Below, in pieces: positions 58,048 through 59,068 of a DNA stretch of 59,068 nucleotides (within the stretch, counting starts at the first letter, position 1; each line of letters starts with the position of its first letter). This DNA is from Pseudomonadota bacterium (GTDB lineage Bacteria > Desulfobacterota > Desulfobacteria > Desulfobacterales > RPRI01). Below the pieces are notes generated by a model. That model had not been told where the DNA came from. It did no database searches and was given only the letters and a program-made list of their open reading frames with translations. The stretch spans positions 1-59,068 of the forward strand of contig JBDRRF010000075.1 of NCBI GenBank assembly GCA_043825875.1, read 5' to 3'. A program made the translations under genes and the position numbers.

Positions 58048-58242
58048 GTTATATTTGACAGCATACGATTTATTTTGGTATAAGGGCTTTAAAAACAAAT
58101 TTGTATGTATAAACTGAGATTGCGCTCGTAATATATTGGCATTTTAATAATTAGCCGATAAAAATATTTGCAGCGGGCTAGGCAATCTCTTTATATTTTG
58201 ATGAGAAGCAGTTTTACAGACCATAGATTTTATATATAATTG

Positions 58243-58911
58243 ATGAACGATAAAAAAGCTGATCCTGATAAAAGATCCGCAATTCCTATTGCAGCGCCTG
58301 GTTATTATTTTATACTTGCAGCAGGTTTTGCAACTGTTGTTTTTGCGTTTGTTGGAACTATTATACTAGCGAGCGTATGTTTTGCGGTTACTCTTTTTAT
58401 TTGCTGGTTTTTCCGTGATCCGGAAAGAGTTGTGCCTATGGATCAAGGAGCCGTTGTATCTCCTGCTGACGGAAAAGTAATTATTGTTGAGCGTTTAAAG
58501 GAAAATCCATTTACTAAGGAAGATTGCATTAAAATAAGCATATTCATGAATGTATTTAATGTCCATGTTAACCGTATTCCACATGAAGGAAAGGTTACAA
58601 ACATTAGCTACTTTCCGGGAAAGTTCTTTAATGCAAGTTTTGATAAGGCCTCAAAAGAAAATGAGCGTAATGCGGTTTTAATTGAAACGGCAAGTGGTAA
58701 AAAAATCTGTGCTGTACAAATAGCCGGGCTTATTGCAAGGAGAATTATTTGCCGGTTAAAGCATGGAGATGTTGTAAAAAGAGGTGAACGTTTCGGCATG
58801 ATTTGTTTCGGATCGCGTCTTGATGTTTATATGCCTGCCGATTCAAAAATTAGTGTAGCTGTTGGAAATAAAATAAAGGCGGGGTCAGGTATTTTAGGAT
58901 ATCTGGCATGA
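58243..58911 (+). CDS. psd: phosphatidylserine decarboxylase proenzyme
   Basis: FFRDPER, SPADG, FMNVFNVHVNR, QIAGLIARRI, FGSR cleavage motif. Confidence 0.93.
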   Translation: MNDKKADPDKRSAIPIAAPGYYFILAAGFATVVFAFVGTIILASVCFAVTLFICWFFRDPERVVPMDQGAVVSPADGKVIIVERLKENPFTKEDCIKISIFMNVFNVHVNRIPHEGKVTNISYFPGKFFNASFDKASKENERNAVLIETASGKKICAVQIAGLIARRIICRLKHGDVVKRGERFGMICFGSRLDVYMPADSKISVAVGNKIKAGSGILGYLA

Positions 58912-58927
58912 AAAAGATAATGCGTTT

Positions 58928-59068
58928 GAGCCAGTTTCAAAACGCCCCATTTTGGCCGATCTCTGCGTTGGGCTCAAATTTCAATCCTCGAAATACTCAA
59001 TGTATTCCTGTGGTTGAAATTTTCTCCCGCCTTGAGCTTGACCAAACTGAAACGTTTTGAAAGTGGCT
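58928..59068. mobile_element. MITE (~140 bp) with terminal inverted repeats, cut at window end
   Basis: GAGCCAGTTTCAAAACG...CGTTTTGAAAGTGGCT; same family as 26111-26146. Confidence 0.8.

Noticed and set aside
6846..58799. Numerous antisense or overlapping ORFs of 60-190 aa in the ORF track
   Set aside because: They are shadow frames of well-supported genes with no independent motifs

Overview
AT-rich bacterial window. The gene content (selB, 2-oxoacid:ferredoxin oxidoreductase, Fur-FeoA/FeoB, double-cubane-type reductase) is consistent with an anaerobic Desulfobacterota-like organism, which is an inference. Positions 1-5.7 kb hold an integron cassette array: at least 7 whole or broken attC sites, no integrase in the window. 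Its distal end is scarred by a group II intron 3' remnant, a RAYT/Y1 transposase element and IS3/IS91 debris. Positions 6-13.4 kb carry a tightly coupled, apparently uncharacterised operon: Cys-rich leader ORF, TonB-dependent receptor, His/Cys-rich anchored protein, membrane polyferredoxin, double-cubane-cluster-like reductase with its ATP-dependent activase, and a TlpA thioredoxin. Positions 14-22 kb contain a Fic gene, DUF2294/MpsC, a structured attenuator-like leader, a catalytically degenerate biotin carboxylase and an acetone-carboxylase/hydantoinase-like pair with a fused gamma subunit. Positions 22-28.5 kb hold a P-type ATPase, an aspartyl protease-PDZ protein, an FNT pseudogene and nested MITEs. 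Positions 29-59 kb are mostly housekeeping (recN, ktrAB, feo, rlmB, pgm, rnd, selB, htpG, hemW, oxoacid oxidoreductase, mltG, psd). They are interrupted at 49.6-51.4 kb by a second, minus-strand attC cluster that has its own group II intron remnant. No rRNA, tRNA or CRISPR array was recognised. All calls are by eye from motifs; no database searches were run.
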